NCBI GenBank assembly: GCA_951406725.2
Contig: OX597814.1
Location: 37,200,001-37,264,000 of the forward strand
Direction: 5' to 3'
From: Octopus vulgaris
Lineage: Eukaryota
Length of the DNA: 64,000 nucleotides
Translations under genes and position numbers: made by a program
Notes under the pieces: generated by a model
The model's database searches: none
The model's input: only the letters and a program-made list of their open reading frames with translations
Told to the model about the DNA's origin: nothing
Part shown: positions 12,415 to 25,115 of the stretch, one piece after another
How positions within the stretch are numbered: the stretch's first letter is position 1
Layout of the letters: each line of letters opens with the position of its first letter

Positions 12415-12619
12415 AACACCAGTCGTTTTTTTTTCTCCATCTCTTGTTGCCCACTTTGGGATCTTTCTTTCCCTCTCTTCCTTCTTTATGTTTCCGACGA
12501 AGAGCTCCGCTCGAAACGTCATACCTTCCTGCTTCCATATTTCCTGAGCGCCTATCAATAATAATACTGTAATTGTTCCACGTGTTGTTGTTTTTTTGTT
12601 TTCCCGTTTGGATTAAAAT

Positions 12620-12620
<1 letters not shown>
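12415..12620 (+). mobile_element. Non-autonomous PLE-type repeat carrying a minimal hammerhead motif
   Basis: Homolog of 3745-3950 (ttcctgagcg..caataataatact..ccacgt..tttggattaa), followed by (TA)n. Confidence 0.7.
12490..12524 (+). ncRNA. Minimal type I hammerhead ribozyme motif (U4C core variant)
   Basis: GTTT-CCGACGA-A-GAGC/TCC/GCTC-GAA-ACGT-C-ATAC: perfect 4-bp stem II, GUC cleavage triplet. Confidence 0.65.
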
Positions 12621-12669
<49 letters not shown>

Positions 12670-12693
12670 ATATACATATTGGTATATATGTAT

Positions 12694-12752
<59 letters not shown>

Positions 12753-13178
12753 ATACATGTATGTGTGAGTACATATAAATATACACATCGATATGCATAA
12801 CCACAAGCGCTCGGATAATCACAAATTTACTCCATCATTTGAAATTATACAACCGTATTCTACAAAGCGTAGCATACATACTGATGCAGGCACAAGATAA
12901 TTCCCCGTACACTAAAAATACTGCATGTTGAAGTCTACGAAACTGCCATAATCTTAAATATAAGTGATTGAATAAATATATTCACCTCTCATACCTCTTG
13001 ACAATTTATGATCATTATTCTCTACATTGATCGGATTTTCTAGATTTCAGTAGCAGAGAACTCAGCATTTTCCTCCACTAAATTTGATAACTATGTAGTT
13101 TGCTATCCGGATCCGCAGGTGGAGATTTCGTGTTATCCATATCATAACATGAATGTATATATTACCCTACAAATTAAT

Positions 13179-13240
<62 letters not shown>

Positions 13241-13301
13241 TTGTGTGTGTGTGTCTGTGTGTATGCATTTATATACATACATATATATATATGTATATGT
13301 A

Positions 13302-13575
13302 GTGGAGGTGCAATGGCCCAGTGGTAAGGGCAGTAGAATCGCGGTTTCGATTCCCAGACCGGGTGTTGTGTGTGTTTATCGAGCGAAAACACCTAAAGTT
13401 CCACGAGGCTGCGGCAGGGGGGGGGGTGGCGACCCCCGTTGTACTCATTCACCACAAATTTCTCTCACTCTTTCTTCCTGTTTCTTGAGTAACGCTGCGG
13501 GGGAAACACATACGCCACAGAAACTGGGAAACAGGGCCAATGAATCTGGCTAGGCATGAAAAAGGCGCATAAATA
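13302..13575 (+). mobile_element. tRNA-derived SINE, family 2
   Basis: GTGGAGGTGCAATGGCCCAGTGGT..GGTTTCGATTCCCAGACCGGG..GAGCGAAAACACCTAAAG; homolog of 1770-2060 with a different 3' tail. Confidence 0.85.
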
Positions 13576-15047
13576 ATAAAAGAATATGTATATATATATA
13601 CACACATATATATATACACACATATATATATACACATACACACACATATAGTTATTTTAGATTAATGAATAGGAATTTTGTCATGTGTTTACATGAGGAA
13701 ACTTTTTCATCTCTCTCATTAACTAGGTTTCAATTCATTCTCATTATATTATAGCTTTCTTCTAGACATAATCTTCAAATAAAATCTGCAGATTATTTCG
13801 AGAAGAAAGCTATAGACGCATATATGTGTGCATACACACATATGTGTGTATTGTTCGTGTATATGCTGCAGATGCTACCTAAAGTGTAATCGTTAGAGAT
13901 ACGACATCGGACTACTCCTTTATGTACAAATATTAATAAAAGAACCTTTTGTTTTCCAAGTTAATATTTATCTATTATTTAAAATGTCAGGTATCCGATT
14001 TTTTTAATACATATGTTCTACAATAAGTATAGGATATGCATGCTCTATATGTTTATATATTATTGTAATGTATTTGTCATAGTGAAAAAAAAAACATCAC
14101 TATAATATATCCAGCGGCTAAACTGTTATAAAATAGTATTTTTTAAACAATTTCTTCCTAAAGCTAATGAAGGTAATTGATGTTCTCATAAACCAATTAT
14201 CTTCCTCTGTTATTCCCACCAATTCCTCTCTCTCTTTCATTGTGCACGTCTTTCTCTCTTTTCAGCAGCCAACATTCTTTTACATATTCCAAAATATCTT
14301 TTCCTTTCTTTATTACTCGTTCTCTCTCTTCCCCTACCTCTGTCACGTATCAAAATATTATAGTGTATAATAATCGTAACGAACGTGAGCATCATTAACG
14401 CAGAAGAAAAAGAAAAAAATTTTCGAGGCTATTTAAGGTGGTCGACAATTCTTAATTATATATTTCTTATGAAGACAATTATAATTATTAATGTTATTGT
14501 TTCCAGGTGAATTTATTTTTGTTTCTTCTCACGCTGTTGGTGATAGTTGTTGTTGCTGCTTTTCGCTCAGCTATTCTTTGCCTTATGATCAGTCTAGTAA
14601 TATGGATAATTATAATCATTTAAAATGATTACAGTAAAGAGCATGATTGTTTTATTAATTTTTCGGATTTTGAAATTGTTAATAAATAAATAAATAAATA
14701 ACAAAGATGATGATGTTGATAATATAAAAATGATGCTAACAATAATAACTGTTTTTACTGGCCAAAAAGGGACCTACATACACTAACCAATGAAAACATG
14801 AGGTTAAAATACAAATGTGGGTGACCTAGTTATGCAGTAATGATTGGAATTAGTGAAAATAATACTTGGATGCGTATGACGTTTCAAGGAAAAAGAAACT
14901 GTGTAACTCAACGTAACTGGTTTGCTGCTTAAGTTTGCATGTCTTTATACATGAATATAATTTCTGTTGCATTAGTGGTACAGATACATTGCCTATTTAA
15001 AAAGGATTTCTAATTTTTTCTTGACGAAATGTCAATCTCTATTCTTA

Positions 15048-15459
15048 TTTATTTACTTCACAGGGGGCTACACACAGAGGGGACAAACGGAGACTGACAA
15101 GGGGATCAAGTCGATTACATCGACCCCAGTGCGTGACTGGTACTTAATTTATCCACCCCGAAAAGAGGAAAGGCAAAGTCGACCTCGGCAGAATTGGAAC
15201 TCAGAACGTAGCAGCAGACGAAATACCTCTTTCTTTACTACCCACAAGGGGCTAAACACAGAAGGGACAAACAAGGACAGACAAACGGATTAAGTCGATT
15301 ATATAGACCCCAGTGCGTAACTGGTACTTATTTAATCGACCCCGAAAGGATGAAAGGCAAAGTCAACCTCGACGGAATTTGAACTCAGAAGGTAGCAGCA
15401 GACGAAATACCGCGAAGCATTTCGTCCGGCGCGATAGAGTTTCGACCAGCTCGTCGCCT
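15048..15459 (-). mobile_element. Dimeric family-1 SINE
   Basis: Two head-to-tail monomers with junction cagacgaaatacct|ctttctttactacccacaagggg at ~15228. Confidence 0.88.
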
Positions 15460-16139
15460 TTTATTCTTTCTCTATTCTTTTATTCTCTATTCTTTCAATG
15501 CTAAATCCATTCGCGTGCATCTTTTTTTCCAGGGTTGTATCACAAATATTTCTTTACATTTCTGGGTGTATTTAAACATTTAATAATATGAAGTTTCTTT
15601 CTGATATTGCACTGTGATGTGTTTTGCTCACCGTTGTTGTAGACGCTATTTTACGCGCCTGTATATCAAAAAGAAGTAAAAAGTAACGTCTAGAATTCCA
15701 ATTTCAACATTATTCCGATATAAAGAATGCATCTTTAGTCATTGCATATAATGTTGTCCTGTGATAGGAAAGACTTTTCATGAAATAAATGTGTCAGTAA
15801 TGTTTCGGATATTGAGAAAAACCCTCAGTAGAAACCACAGCAACGAAAAAATACTTGTTATAACTACATCACTACTTCAAATACACTCTATTTTTAATTC
15901 ATATGTTTATACTAACAAGTTGATAGGTCAACGACACATACACAGGTAATAAAAAAGGCAACTAAGTTTCAAGTTTATTCGAATCTCGGAGGTTACCTTT
16001 ATTTGATTAAAGTTAATTGTCAGTCTAGTTTCCAAACTATATAATATAGCAAGGCTAGATTAAAGATAACAATGAATCGTAAAGGAACTATTTCTCAAAT
16101 AAAACGAAATTCTTTGAGTGGTTTTGAAATACACAACTG

Positions 16140-17236
16140 AAATGCTTCCGTCATTTGACAGCAGCTATCGAATCGTAAAGAACTGCCTAAAGCATTTTTG
16201 AAATCGTAGCCACATTTGAAATTACTTGAGATAGTAAATGATCAATTCAGATTATATATTTTTACCTGTATCTCCAGTCTATAAACGATGATATAATTCA
16301 GAATCTTGTCTTATATGAGATAAAGAATAATCTCTGTATCAAGTTACATGTTTGACAGTTGAGTGGCAAGTTTAATTCAAATAAATCTAATTTTAAACAT
16401 GTTCAGGAATCTTGGAAATTTAGTATTGCTATCAGATCGTACCCAAAGGGAGAGCAAAGCATCTGCAGCTACAAACTACGAGAAATAGAAAAAGTTCTCT
16501 GGATCTCTATATCTATTTTGTCATATGCCACGCAATAAACTATTGATTGTTCTTGCTGTATTATTGTAATATTCGTTGGAAAATATAAGAACTTTTCCAA
16601 GTATTCAGATCAACAAAATCCAATGCATCCCTATCAGCTGTGATGTCTGAGTCAGAGGGGTAGATTTTAAGCTAATTGATAATGCCAAACGGCGTAAATC
16701 GGCATACGCACTTTAGCCAAATTGGAGTAGCTGTCAAGTACACTACACTTGTAAAGCATTGAACAAATTGAAAATTACTTAGTATAATAGAGATTCCCAA
16801 AATATTAAGCCTGAATAACAGACATGCAGTCTGATAAAATTTCAGCTCCATTGGGAGATGATCTCGGCATACCATAACACTGACGATGTAAGCTAGGGTT
16901 TCCTTATTTGCTAGAAAGTGTTCGCAGATTCAATAAGTGCTGCAAAATGTGCGACAATATGCATCAAAATTGCTCCGAGTAATTTCATTTCAACCGCTGA
17001 GAATATTATGTAGCATTTGTACAAATATCGCATAGCCAGCATAACCCCTGTACACTTGTATTCTTGGTTGACACATAGAAGTCCGTCCTGTTGTCTCTTA
17101 CTTCATTTATTAGAAACGTTCATTGTTTATAGAGAAGAATTTGTTTCTTTGTTTAATAGCAAAATAAATGGCAAATATACTTATGAGTTGGTAATTAATT
17201 CGTAATTCTTTATAAAATAGCTTCGTCTATAAGTAT
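16140..17236 (-). pseudogene. Decayed coding-like island of unknown origin
   Basis: A single minus frame of ~360 codons with ~12 stops (..GYAIFVQMLHNILSG*NEITRSNFDAYCRTF..LKIYPSDSDITADRDALDFVDLNTWKSSYISNEYYNNTARTINSLLRGI*QNRYRDPENFF..). Confidence 0.4.
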
Positions 17237-17243
17237 TATTTAC

Positions 17244-17721
17244 TTGAACCTAAACAAGGCAACTCACGCCAACCTGTTCAACAGCACGCTTTGGGCTGCA
17301 GTGCTATACGCATGTGAGACTTGAGCCTTGACGAAGAGTGAACATCTGCTTACGGTGCAGAAAGCCATGGAAAGTTTTATGTTGGGAATCTCGCAAAGAG
17401 ATCACATCCGGAATGAGGAAATCAATAATAGAACTGAAGAGAAAGACGTCATCGCAGAATACCAACGTGCAAAGCTATCACGAGCCGATCATGTCGCATG
17501 GTTCACAGACAATCAGTGGATCCATGCAGTTGTGGAGAGGCACTCATGCGAACGGAAGAGACCACTCGGAAGTTCTCCAGTCAGGTAGGAATATGATTTA
17601 AGAAAGATGTTTTGAACAACGTGGAGAAGAATAGAAAGAGGACGAAGGGAATGGAGAAAATGTGGCCAGTGGATCTGACTCAGCCCCAGACAGCCTGGCC
17701 GATCCAGGTGACCCAGGTGAC
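17244..17721 (+). mobile_element. 5'-truncated RTE-clade LINE (3' end of RT ORF)
   Basis: Translates (with shifts) to ..AVLYACET*ALTKSEHLLTVQKAMESFMLGISQRDHIRNEEI..HVAWFTDNQW..KRPLG..; tail (ccaggtga)2; TSD tatttac at 17237-17243 and 17722-17728. Confidence 0.85.
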
Positions 17722-18647
17722 TATTTACAACACAATCATAGATTGTAATAGATCTTGAAATTTACGGATGTTTACATATTGATGACAACTTTTGATATTG
17801 CATAGATATAATTATCCACAAACCGAATGTAGCGAAAATGTTACACTGCATGGCGGAATAATTTGCTCTTGCATATTTATCCTTTCTGTCATAATGCAAC
17901 TCGTGTATTACATGCACCTGAATGATATCTTACGCATGAGACGATGTATTGAATGGACTGAAAATAAGGTACCAGGTAAAAGTCTGAACGTAAAATAACT
18001 CAAAGTATGCCAGCGAAGCAGAACGTATTACTAATTGCTGCACACTGAACCACAGAAAAACTCAGATCTTCCTCTGTTGCGGTAGGAAACAATGAAGAGG
18101 TACTATTTCCTGATAGGATATGAGAAGGAATCAAAACGTTCCTGGTTTGCAAATCTGAGATTCAACCGAGGCATCCTACATCCCAGACATAAATAGCTCC
18201 CATAGCACAACAAAATGTGTCGAAAGGAAAATGATAGAAACAGAAACAACCACCTTCTTAGAACGTGACAAAGATTACGAGGAGGGTGATGTGGACCTTC
18301 TCTTTAACGTAAACAATTTGTTACATTGACAGAATAAAATATATGTGATTTGACAAGTATTCCCTATATATATTGCACTAAGAGTGGATAGGTTGTAAAG
18401 GAAACTGATATTATAGTGGTAGCCTACCTTATAAGAATAGTGGAATTTTATTACACAATACTCAATAAACCCAAGACAAATACTCTCAATACACGCAATT
18501 CCATCACCACGAAAACCACTATCATAGACACCACCATCGAAAGCTCCAGAACAAAGAATTCACTCACACTGACAAATAACCACCGATAACAAACCACTCA
18601 CACTAACGACCAATAATAAAATGTACTCATTAAGAGCACTATAGATT

Positions 18648-18830
18648 CAGGCAAGGCCTGTGTGGTTAAAAATCATGCTTTCTTACCCTCTAGATTCTGG
18701 TTCCGTCACACTGCGCAGCTCTTTCGGCAGTTTCTACTACTGTTGCTCCTGGCAGCCCAGTGCCTTCTAGGTAAATATGGTATTCGAAAATTTTACAGAA
18801 GACCACTGTATACATACGTGGGTGTCTGTG
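18648..18830 (+). mobile_element. Degenerate CORE-type SINE head, family 3
   Basis: ggcctgtgtggttaa..ttctggttccgtcacactgcg..ttctacta..; homologous to other family-3 copies. Confidence 0.6.
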
Positions 18831-18854
18831 TGTTTGGGTGTACATATACAAGCA

Positions 18855-19040
18855 TATTCTTTTATTTGTTACAGTCATTTGAGGGCGGATATGCTGGATG
18901 ATCACCTTTTGTCGAACAGATCGACACCAGGACTTACTCTATCGTTCTCTGTTGACGAAACGCTAAGTTACAGGGACGTAAACACACCAACATCGGTTGT
19001 CAAGCGATGGTGGAGGAACAAACACAGACAAGCAAACGCA
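18855..19040 (-). mobile_element. SINE 3' module
   Basis: cgctaagttacagggacgtaaacacaccaacatcggttgtcaagcgatggtgg; homologs at 56600-56810 (same strand) and 34920-35030 (opposite strand). Confidence 0.7.
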
Positions 19041-19059
19041 TACATGCATCCATACCTAC

Positions 19060-19324
<265 letters not shown>

Positions 19325-19363
19325 TAAGAAAGTTGGTTTGTGAAAGCACGTGGTTGAATATAT

Positions 19364-19686
19364 AGAAAATAGTAAAAAGTGAAAAAACTACAGAAGGCTT
19401 AAAGGTTAAAATATATATAGATTTGAGTCAATATGTCTGAAGAATATTAAAACATTTTTTTCCTTACAATGAAATAGTTTAGAAGAAAGACCGGTTTAGC
19501 GTTTAGCTTTTCAAATTTCATAAGGTCGTAAGAAATTTGAAAAGCTAAACGCGAAACCAGTCTTTCTTCTAAACTATGTCATTGTAAGGAAAAAAAAAAT
19601 TTTAATATTCTTCAGACATATTGACTCAAATATATATATTTTTTAACCTTTAAGCCTTCTGTAGTTTTTTTCACTTTTTACTATTT

Positions 19687-19689
<3 letters not shown>
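19364..19689. repeat. Fold-back palindrome (~155-bp arms) of a PLE pseudo-LTR end
   Basis: 19364-19519 is the near-perfect reverse complement of 19532-19689 around a ~12-nt spacer. Each arm has an HHR-like motif. Confidence 0.9.
19530..19568 (+). ncRNA. Minimal hammerhead motif with U3:A8 core
   Basis: AAGAAA-T-TTGAAAA-GC/TAAAC/GC-GAA-ACCAGT-C-TTTCTT; the mirror arm has perfect ACCGGT stem III. Confidence 0.55.
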
Positions 19690-19720
<31 letters not shown>

Positions 19721-19749
19721 AAGGGGGTTGTATGATAGTGTATAGAGAG

Positions 19750-20860
19750 ATATATATTATTCAAAGGAATTCCAACTCTGTCTATTTTTTTGGGTTTTAT
19801 TTATATTCTTTATAATATTAATGTAGAATATAGAATATATATTATATATAGTAAAATGATATGAAGTGTTGGTTGTCTTATTGAATAGATGAAATTTTGA
19901 ACGTCAAATATTAAGGGGGTAGTATACTTTCTTGCATTTAAGCACTCTTCAAGGTCTCAGGTTGTGACAGGAGTGTTTCAACTCTAGTTGACCGGCTGTC
20001 TTTTGTCCTTTATACACGTTCCGCAGGACAGCAGTAGTAGTTGTCTGGCTATTTTTAGAGATGATGCCAAACCATTTTTCAATGTTTATTTTTAGAAATG
20101 ATGATAGCAGTACATTTTTGAGATCTTTTTTGTGTTTTAGTTGTATGGATAAGATTTTTAAACCCCAAATAAGATTAATTTAATCATTGTTTGTTAAGCT
20201 TGGGTTTGAATTTTTTAATAAAGTCCCTTTCTCTTAGTTTTCTCTCAATTTTATTCAGGTTTTAAAGTTTATGAAATGGGAATATCATAAAAGTTTCCTG
20301 ACCGCATGTTGCCAGATGGTTACTCAGTGGTATTTGGCGGACTTCTGGGTTTTTAATTTGTTGTCGATGCACACGCGAGCGTTCTGATAATGCATTTCCT
20401 GTCTGGCCAACATACAGTTCTTCACAATTTGGGCATTTGATGCAGTAGATTAAATTTCTGCTTTTACAGTTCATCTTCGCGTTTATGAATATTTTCCCTG
20501 TTTTTGTGTTCATATATGGGCCAGTATGAATTAATTGATATGTACCGCTTCGGCTATTATTGCATTTAGACACAGTGAATGGTTGATCTTTCATTTAGAT
20601 ATAGTAAATGGATGATCTTTGTTGCCAAGGTCAAACCTTGCCTTTGTTAATAATTTTTTCAAGCTTTTAGGCTGTCTCTTACTGAGAGTTATAGTTTGAT
20701 CTGTAATGATATTTCTCAATTCCTTACTTTGTGCAATGATTGGTAGTTTTGTTTTAGTGATATTGAAGATGTTCTGGTGGCATGGATTGTGAGTCACTAT
20801 AAATGGTATGATTTGTTCTTGTTTTTCTCTTCTTTGTGGTGTCCTCAGTTGTTGTACGGA
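19750..20860 (-). mobile_element. Penelope-like element: GIY-YIG endonuclease end plus pseudo-LTR
   Basis: ORFs 20591-20797 and 20262-20594 give THNP..KRQPKSLKKLLTKA..CKSRNLIYCIKCPNCEELYVGQTGNALSERSRVHRQQI (GIY-YIG). Degenerate HHR at 19920-19956 (TTGAAGA-GTGC..GCAA-GAA-AGTATACT-A). Confidence 0.9.
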
Positions 20861-20861
20861 T

Positions 20862-20980
20862 ATTTTCCTATGTACGACAAGCTTCTCTCAGATCGAGGCT
20901 ATAGTAGAAGCCAGTTGCCCAAGCTTGCACGCAGTGGGACTGAACTCGAGCTACTTACGATACAGTCACTTCTGCGCCTG
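20862..20980 (-). mobile_element. CORE-type SINE head, family 3
   Basis: gaggctatagtagaag..ttgcccaag..cacgcagtgggactgaactcg..cacttctgcgcct. Confidence 0.75.
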
Positions 20981-21179
20981 TATATATGCATGTTTTTCAC
21001 ACCATATTGCCTGATAAGCAGTGTTGGTTTGTTTATTTCTTCATAAACTAGAGGTTCGGAAAAGACACGATAGAATGGGAACCAGACTTTACAAAATAAT
21101 TCTGAAATTGACCAAACTGACCTGTCCGAAGTCATTTATTGCCCGAAAATTGTTGACATGTGAAGTTATGCCGGTGACA

Positions 21180-21882
21180 TTCTACTGCTTGTAAGTCGGG
21201 TCCAGCTACCAGCTAGCAAGCTACCAGTTGAAACAGACAATGCTCATCTCTCTCATAGCCTTAGAAGAGGATGTTCTGTGATGGAATAGGCAGAAAAGAG
21301 CTGAACACAGACACCCTCCAATAGGGTGTTTTACTTCAAATGAAAGGGAGAGTTGAGGGTAAATATAAGGGAGCTAGTTCTATCAAAGATATTGTAGAAC
21401 ATGATATAGGCTCCATGTCTCCTCTATTCCTAGAGAGGACAAAAACATATAAGTATCTTCTCTCTAAGGCAGCTGGGAGGTACGTTCAAAGCAGCCACTA
21501 CATGAACATTGCGCAGAAATATTCCTTAGATTCAGTGTAGTGGGAGACTGCTTGCCGTGTTAACAAAATCAAAACAAATCTTCAACCTATAGGCAGCCTG
21601 AAATTCGGCTTTACCTCTGCTCATACATTTGTAAAGCAGTAATTGAGGCAAAATTATTAAGATGATATCAGGGAAGTTGGAAATTATGTGAATCTGTGTT
21701 TGGTAATTATACTTGTATCGCAGAACGGACTAGTGTTGAGCGCATACGTGATGGAGGTAGACATTTTTCTTTTAGGTGAGATAAAACTGGATTGTGTAGA
21801 TTCTAATGACTCCCCAAAGTCACCAGGAAAACTAGAACTGTGCACAGATGAGGGCGCTTGTAGAAGCAATGACACAGGCTAA
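21180..21882 (+). pseudogene. Decayed coding-like island of unknown origin
   Basis: ORFs 21340-21540 and 21688-21882 share a frame and are linked by WETACRVNKIKTNLQPIGSLKFGFTSAHTFVKQ*LRQNY*DDIREVGNYV; GC is higher than the flanks. Confidence 0.4.
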
Positions 21883-22836
21883 AATAACTAGATTTTATAT
21901 ATAAAGCCCTTTTAGGTGTGATCACGTGATGTATCAAGGTCGGCAACATTCAAATTTAAAAATAGTGTCAGTCACAACTGGGAAATAACATTTTATGTGT
22001 TATAGATACAAACAAATTTGTAGTTTCGTAGAAACAATTTTGAAGTTTTGTAGAGACAAACAATTTAGTTGTTTTCTCGTTATCAAAATAATTTTCGTTT
22101 GTGCAGCTGGTTTCAAAGTATCATTTAATAATTAAATTAGAAACAGACAACATGTTTGCATTCCGCAGTACGTTTTCATTTGTATTCGATGATCCCCAAC
22201 GTTAATATAAACAGGCATGCACTATTTATGCTATCTTTGTGTCTTGACTTTACAAACGAGTTTGTAATACTAGGTATTCCAATCACTTAACTATCAGTTT
22301 ATTAAACCGAAACTGAATTTTGTGAATGTTTTAGCTAATGTCTATATGCTTAATGCATTATTTCCTGTTCTGTCTGCTGCTTCTAATATTCGTCTGACTC
22401 TTCTGGAGTACTGCTTTCTAATTTTCTTCATTTGTGCGTTGCATTCAATCCAAACGTAATTGTTAGCAAGAGTTGTATATTTTAATTTCCAATTTAATAT
22501 GATTGCACCTATTTTAAAATTCTCAGTTTTAGTTAATTTACCTCGCCTTGCAGTAGTTTTGGTATATTTGCCAATAGATAATTTCTAGTAGTTTTCTAAT
22601 TGAATATTTACGTTGTAAATATTTTAAATCATCAAATTAGGGGAAGTAATTATACAGTTTGATACACATATACTATATCGAATTTTAAACTTGCTTTTCA
22701 TGGTTACAATGCAATTTTGCTTCAAAAACCTAGCTCTTCCATGTTTTATAAGTAATCTCCAACTATATACCTATGCAATATAGTAGGCATATTGTTATTA
22801 CTATTATCATCATTAATCTGTACTCCTGTTTGGTAG

Positions 22837-22887
22837 ATGAAGACGTTTAATCAAGTGGTTACTGTTTCGTCAACAACCCTGCCTCAG
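22837..22887 (+). other. Candidate 51-nt exon
   Basis: TAG acceptor, strong donor CAG|GTAAAT; the only open frame is MKTFNQVVTVSSTTLPQ (phase 0/0). Confidence 0.25.
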
Positions 22888-24333
22888 GTAAATTGAATGA
22901 AGATAAATTTTCAAAGACTGATAATTTGAATTTAACACTTTTTTGTAAATTACTGTTTTCATAAATATGTTTTTCTTTGAATAAAAATACGTATCGTTTA
23001 CGTAATTATGTTGTATATTCATGCTGCTGTAATTTTCGTAAATGCTATTATAATTTGTTGATATCTTAATGAGACGGAAATAGAATAATCAGAATAAATG
23101 AAATATGAATTAACCAAAAATTCCTTATCTGAAAATAAAATTGTGTATAATGAAATTAAATGAAAAATACTCACATTATTGAAATATATGCCGTATATGC
23201 TTAATTACTTCTCGGCGATATATTTTGTCTGATTAAACAACGTTAGCTCATAACAAAGACATCGACAGTAATTATAAGAAAACTAAATATAAGTGCAGTA
23301 TAACATTCTGCTTAAGGGAATATTAAGCTGATACAAGAGAATAATTCTACATGCTTGGAATATAGAATATCATATTAAGCATTTTTTTTATACAGTTGTT
23401 TATTAAACACATAGCGACAAAGAAATGCATATAAAACTTTCTATTCGTAAACTTAAAATCAACAATGTAAAAGTTGCACATAAAAATATAAAATCTATTA
23501 AAAATACCACCAGGATAAAATAGAGAGAAAACATATTTTTTCCAGAATGCTTATGTTTTCTTGTTTCATAAGTGGTAAAAAGCTGTCAAGCAAGCTGGCA
23601 GGGAGGCAACCTAGCATCTTCAATGAGAGAATTAAGTCGAACGATTGGTGAGACGAAAATAACGAAGTACTTGGAATAACTTGCAACATTGTGTAAAAGG
23701 AAGCGTTGCATTGTGTTGCTAATTATTTCGTAAAATATATTGCTTTATCGTTGATTTCTTTAAACTTTTCCCTTCTCTTTGTTGTCTTTAAATTTATTAT
23801 TTATTCACTTAACGTTTTCCTCTCTATTTGTATTTATATTGTTTACTTTCATTATTAATTTCAATTTTTATTGTTTTCTTTTAATTTTAGTTTCACTTTC
23901 AAAGTAATTAGAAATTAACAGATACATGCATCATCAAAATATATTGCTTTTGTTTTTCTCACTCTGATTGATTAAAACTTAAAATAAATTTCCTCCTATT
24001 CCACGCTTTATCAGTTTCTTTGCTTTTCGTTCCTTCTAACAATTTAAAGAAAATATTTGTAATTAAATTTAGAAATGTGAACTAATGAAAAAATGCGAAT
24101 AGAAGGAAAGAAAAATGTAAGATAAATAATGATGTGAGAAGTAAATAAAAGATTGTATTATTTCTTGGCAAGTAATTTCCTATACAGAGGTAATCTTCGT
24201 CAAAATTTGTCATTTTAAATAATATAATCAAAAGTAAAATAAGTATAAAGGCATGAAAGACATTCCTAGCTAGAGCTTTAGAATTTTTGCATGCATTTGC
24301 ATTTAGTATCTACCTTGTTTATATATTCACAAA

Positions 24334-24667
24334 TCCTATAATCTATAATAAAAGCTGTGTTTTGTTAAGAACACTGAAGCCATCATGTACAAAATTCGTG
24401 TGTTGATAGCCTGGAAACTGAGTGTTCTTATCTGAAACATATGTTGCAACGATTGATTCTACATTGAAACAGTTTCATATGTTACTAGAATTCAGTTTTG
24501 CAATGATTAAAAGTACGTGTATCTCTATAGTGTGATCTATACATAAAACACGCACACACACAGAGCCCTATACATTAGTCCTAGCAGAATCGTGAGGCAC
24601 AGTTTATGCTAGGACACCAGACGTGTTAAGAAACACTGTTTGCCATGCTCGCAGCACATCAAACTAA
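24334..24667 (+). mobile_element. Non-autonomous Helitron
   Basis: A|TCCTATAATCTATAATAAAA 5' end; subterminal hairpin tgct-cgc-agca; ends CTAA (CTRR)|T. Confidence 0.6.
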
Positions 24668-24770
24668 TAGTAGCACATAAAAACATATATTGTGTTTATC
24701 AAGTAATATTGAACTCTTAACGTCACGGAACGATACGCTATACACACACACATACAGACATAAATACATA

Positions 24771-24866
<96 letters not shown>

Positions 24867-25115
24867 CACGCATGCGTGTTTGTATGCGTGTATATATGTA
24901 TTATATATTTTCACAAACCCATACAATCATGAATTCATGAAAAGTGTAAGAGGAATGTTCAAGTGCGTTTATGATAATAATTTGTAACGGAAAACTTTCA
25001 TTCACCACCAGCTAATAAAGAGATGATGAATGAAATACAAGAACGAAACACATATATTGGAAGTACTTCGCGACCATCTAAGATTAATGTCCTAACAATA
25101 ACTACTCAGTAAATT

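Noticed and set aside
18040-18470. Possible L1/Tx1 C-terminal zinc-knuckle remnant
   Set aside because: Needs several frameshifts to read; not supportable by eye.
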